Origin: a virus
Length of the DNA: 34,960 bases
Strand: one strand, 5' to 3'
Virus genome (UHGV): UHGV-0140617
In this document: piece after piece, positions 34,911-34,960 of the stretch
Position numbering within the stretch: position 1 is the stretch's first letter
How the letters are laid out: the number at the start of each line of letters is the position of its first letter
The notes under the pieces: model-generated
Databases searched by the model: none
Told to the model about the DNA's origin: nothing
What the model saw: the letters and a program-made list of their open reading frames with translations, nothing else
Made by a program: the position numbers and the translations under genes

Positions 34911-34960
34911 CCCCTAACGCCCGTCATGTTAACTGCGTGGAGGGCAATACCACGCTGTAT

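Noticed and set aside
1-34960. CRISPR arrays, IS elements or transposases, rRNA
   Set aside because: No regularly spaced direct repeats, no transposase-like ORFs with terminal inverted repeats, no rRNA-like sequence seen anywhere in the window.
34911-34960. Attachment site (att) core immediately after int
   Set aside because: Only 50 bp of flanking sequence is present and the other prophage end is outside the window, so no repeat pair can be identified.

Overview
The window is almost entirely one lambdoid, mosaic prophage of an enterobacterial host, lying in inverted orientation (late genes on the minus strand, early-left operon and integrase on the plus strand). From left to right: a lambda-like tail module (J partial, I, K, L, M, tape measure H, G/GT chaperones, major tail protein); an HK97-like head and packaging module (connector proteins, major capsid, prohead protease, portal, large and small terminase, HNH endonuclease, candidate cos region); a lysis cassette (two holin-like proteins, GH19-type endolysin, overlapping spanin-like pair); an AT-rich accessory island between Q and the holin (CspA-family cold-shock protein, zinc-ribbon protein, KTSC-like protein, small peptide ORFs); the Q antiterminator; a replication module (DnaB-like helicase, DnaC-like loader, O-like initiator with iteron-like repeats, KilA-N/ANT protein); the immunity switch (Cro-like and LexA/CI-like repressor, divergent, with a repeated ATATTACA operator motif); and a roughly 4.4 kb early-left operon of unrecognisable small ORFs ending in excisionase and tyrosine integrase. 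No tRNA, rRNA, CRISPR array or transposase was found. The most unusual observations are three 8-9 nt G/C homopolymer tracts in early genes (two clearly break reading frames that are otherwise translationally coupled to their neighbours), a small membrane-protein moron with its own RBS and terminator between GT and the tape measure gene, an early-left operon lacking any recognisable N or recombination genes but holding a possible beta-clamp-like protein and a glycine-zipper peptide, and a cargo-rich Q-to-lysis island. All functional calls rest on reading the translations and motifs by eye; no database search was run.
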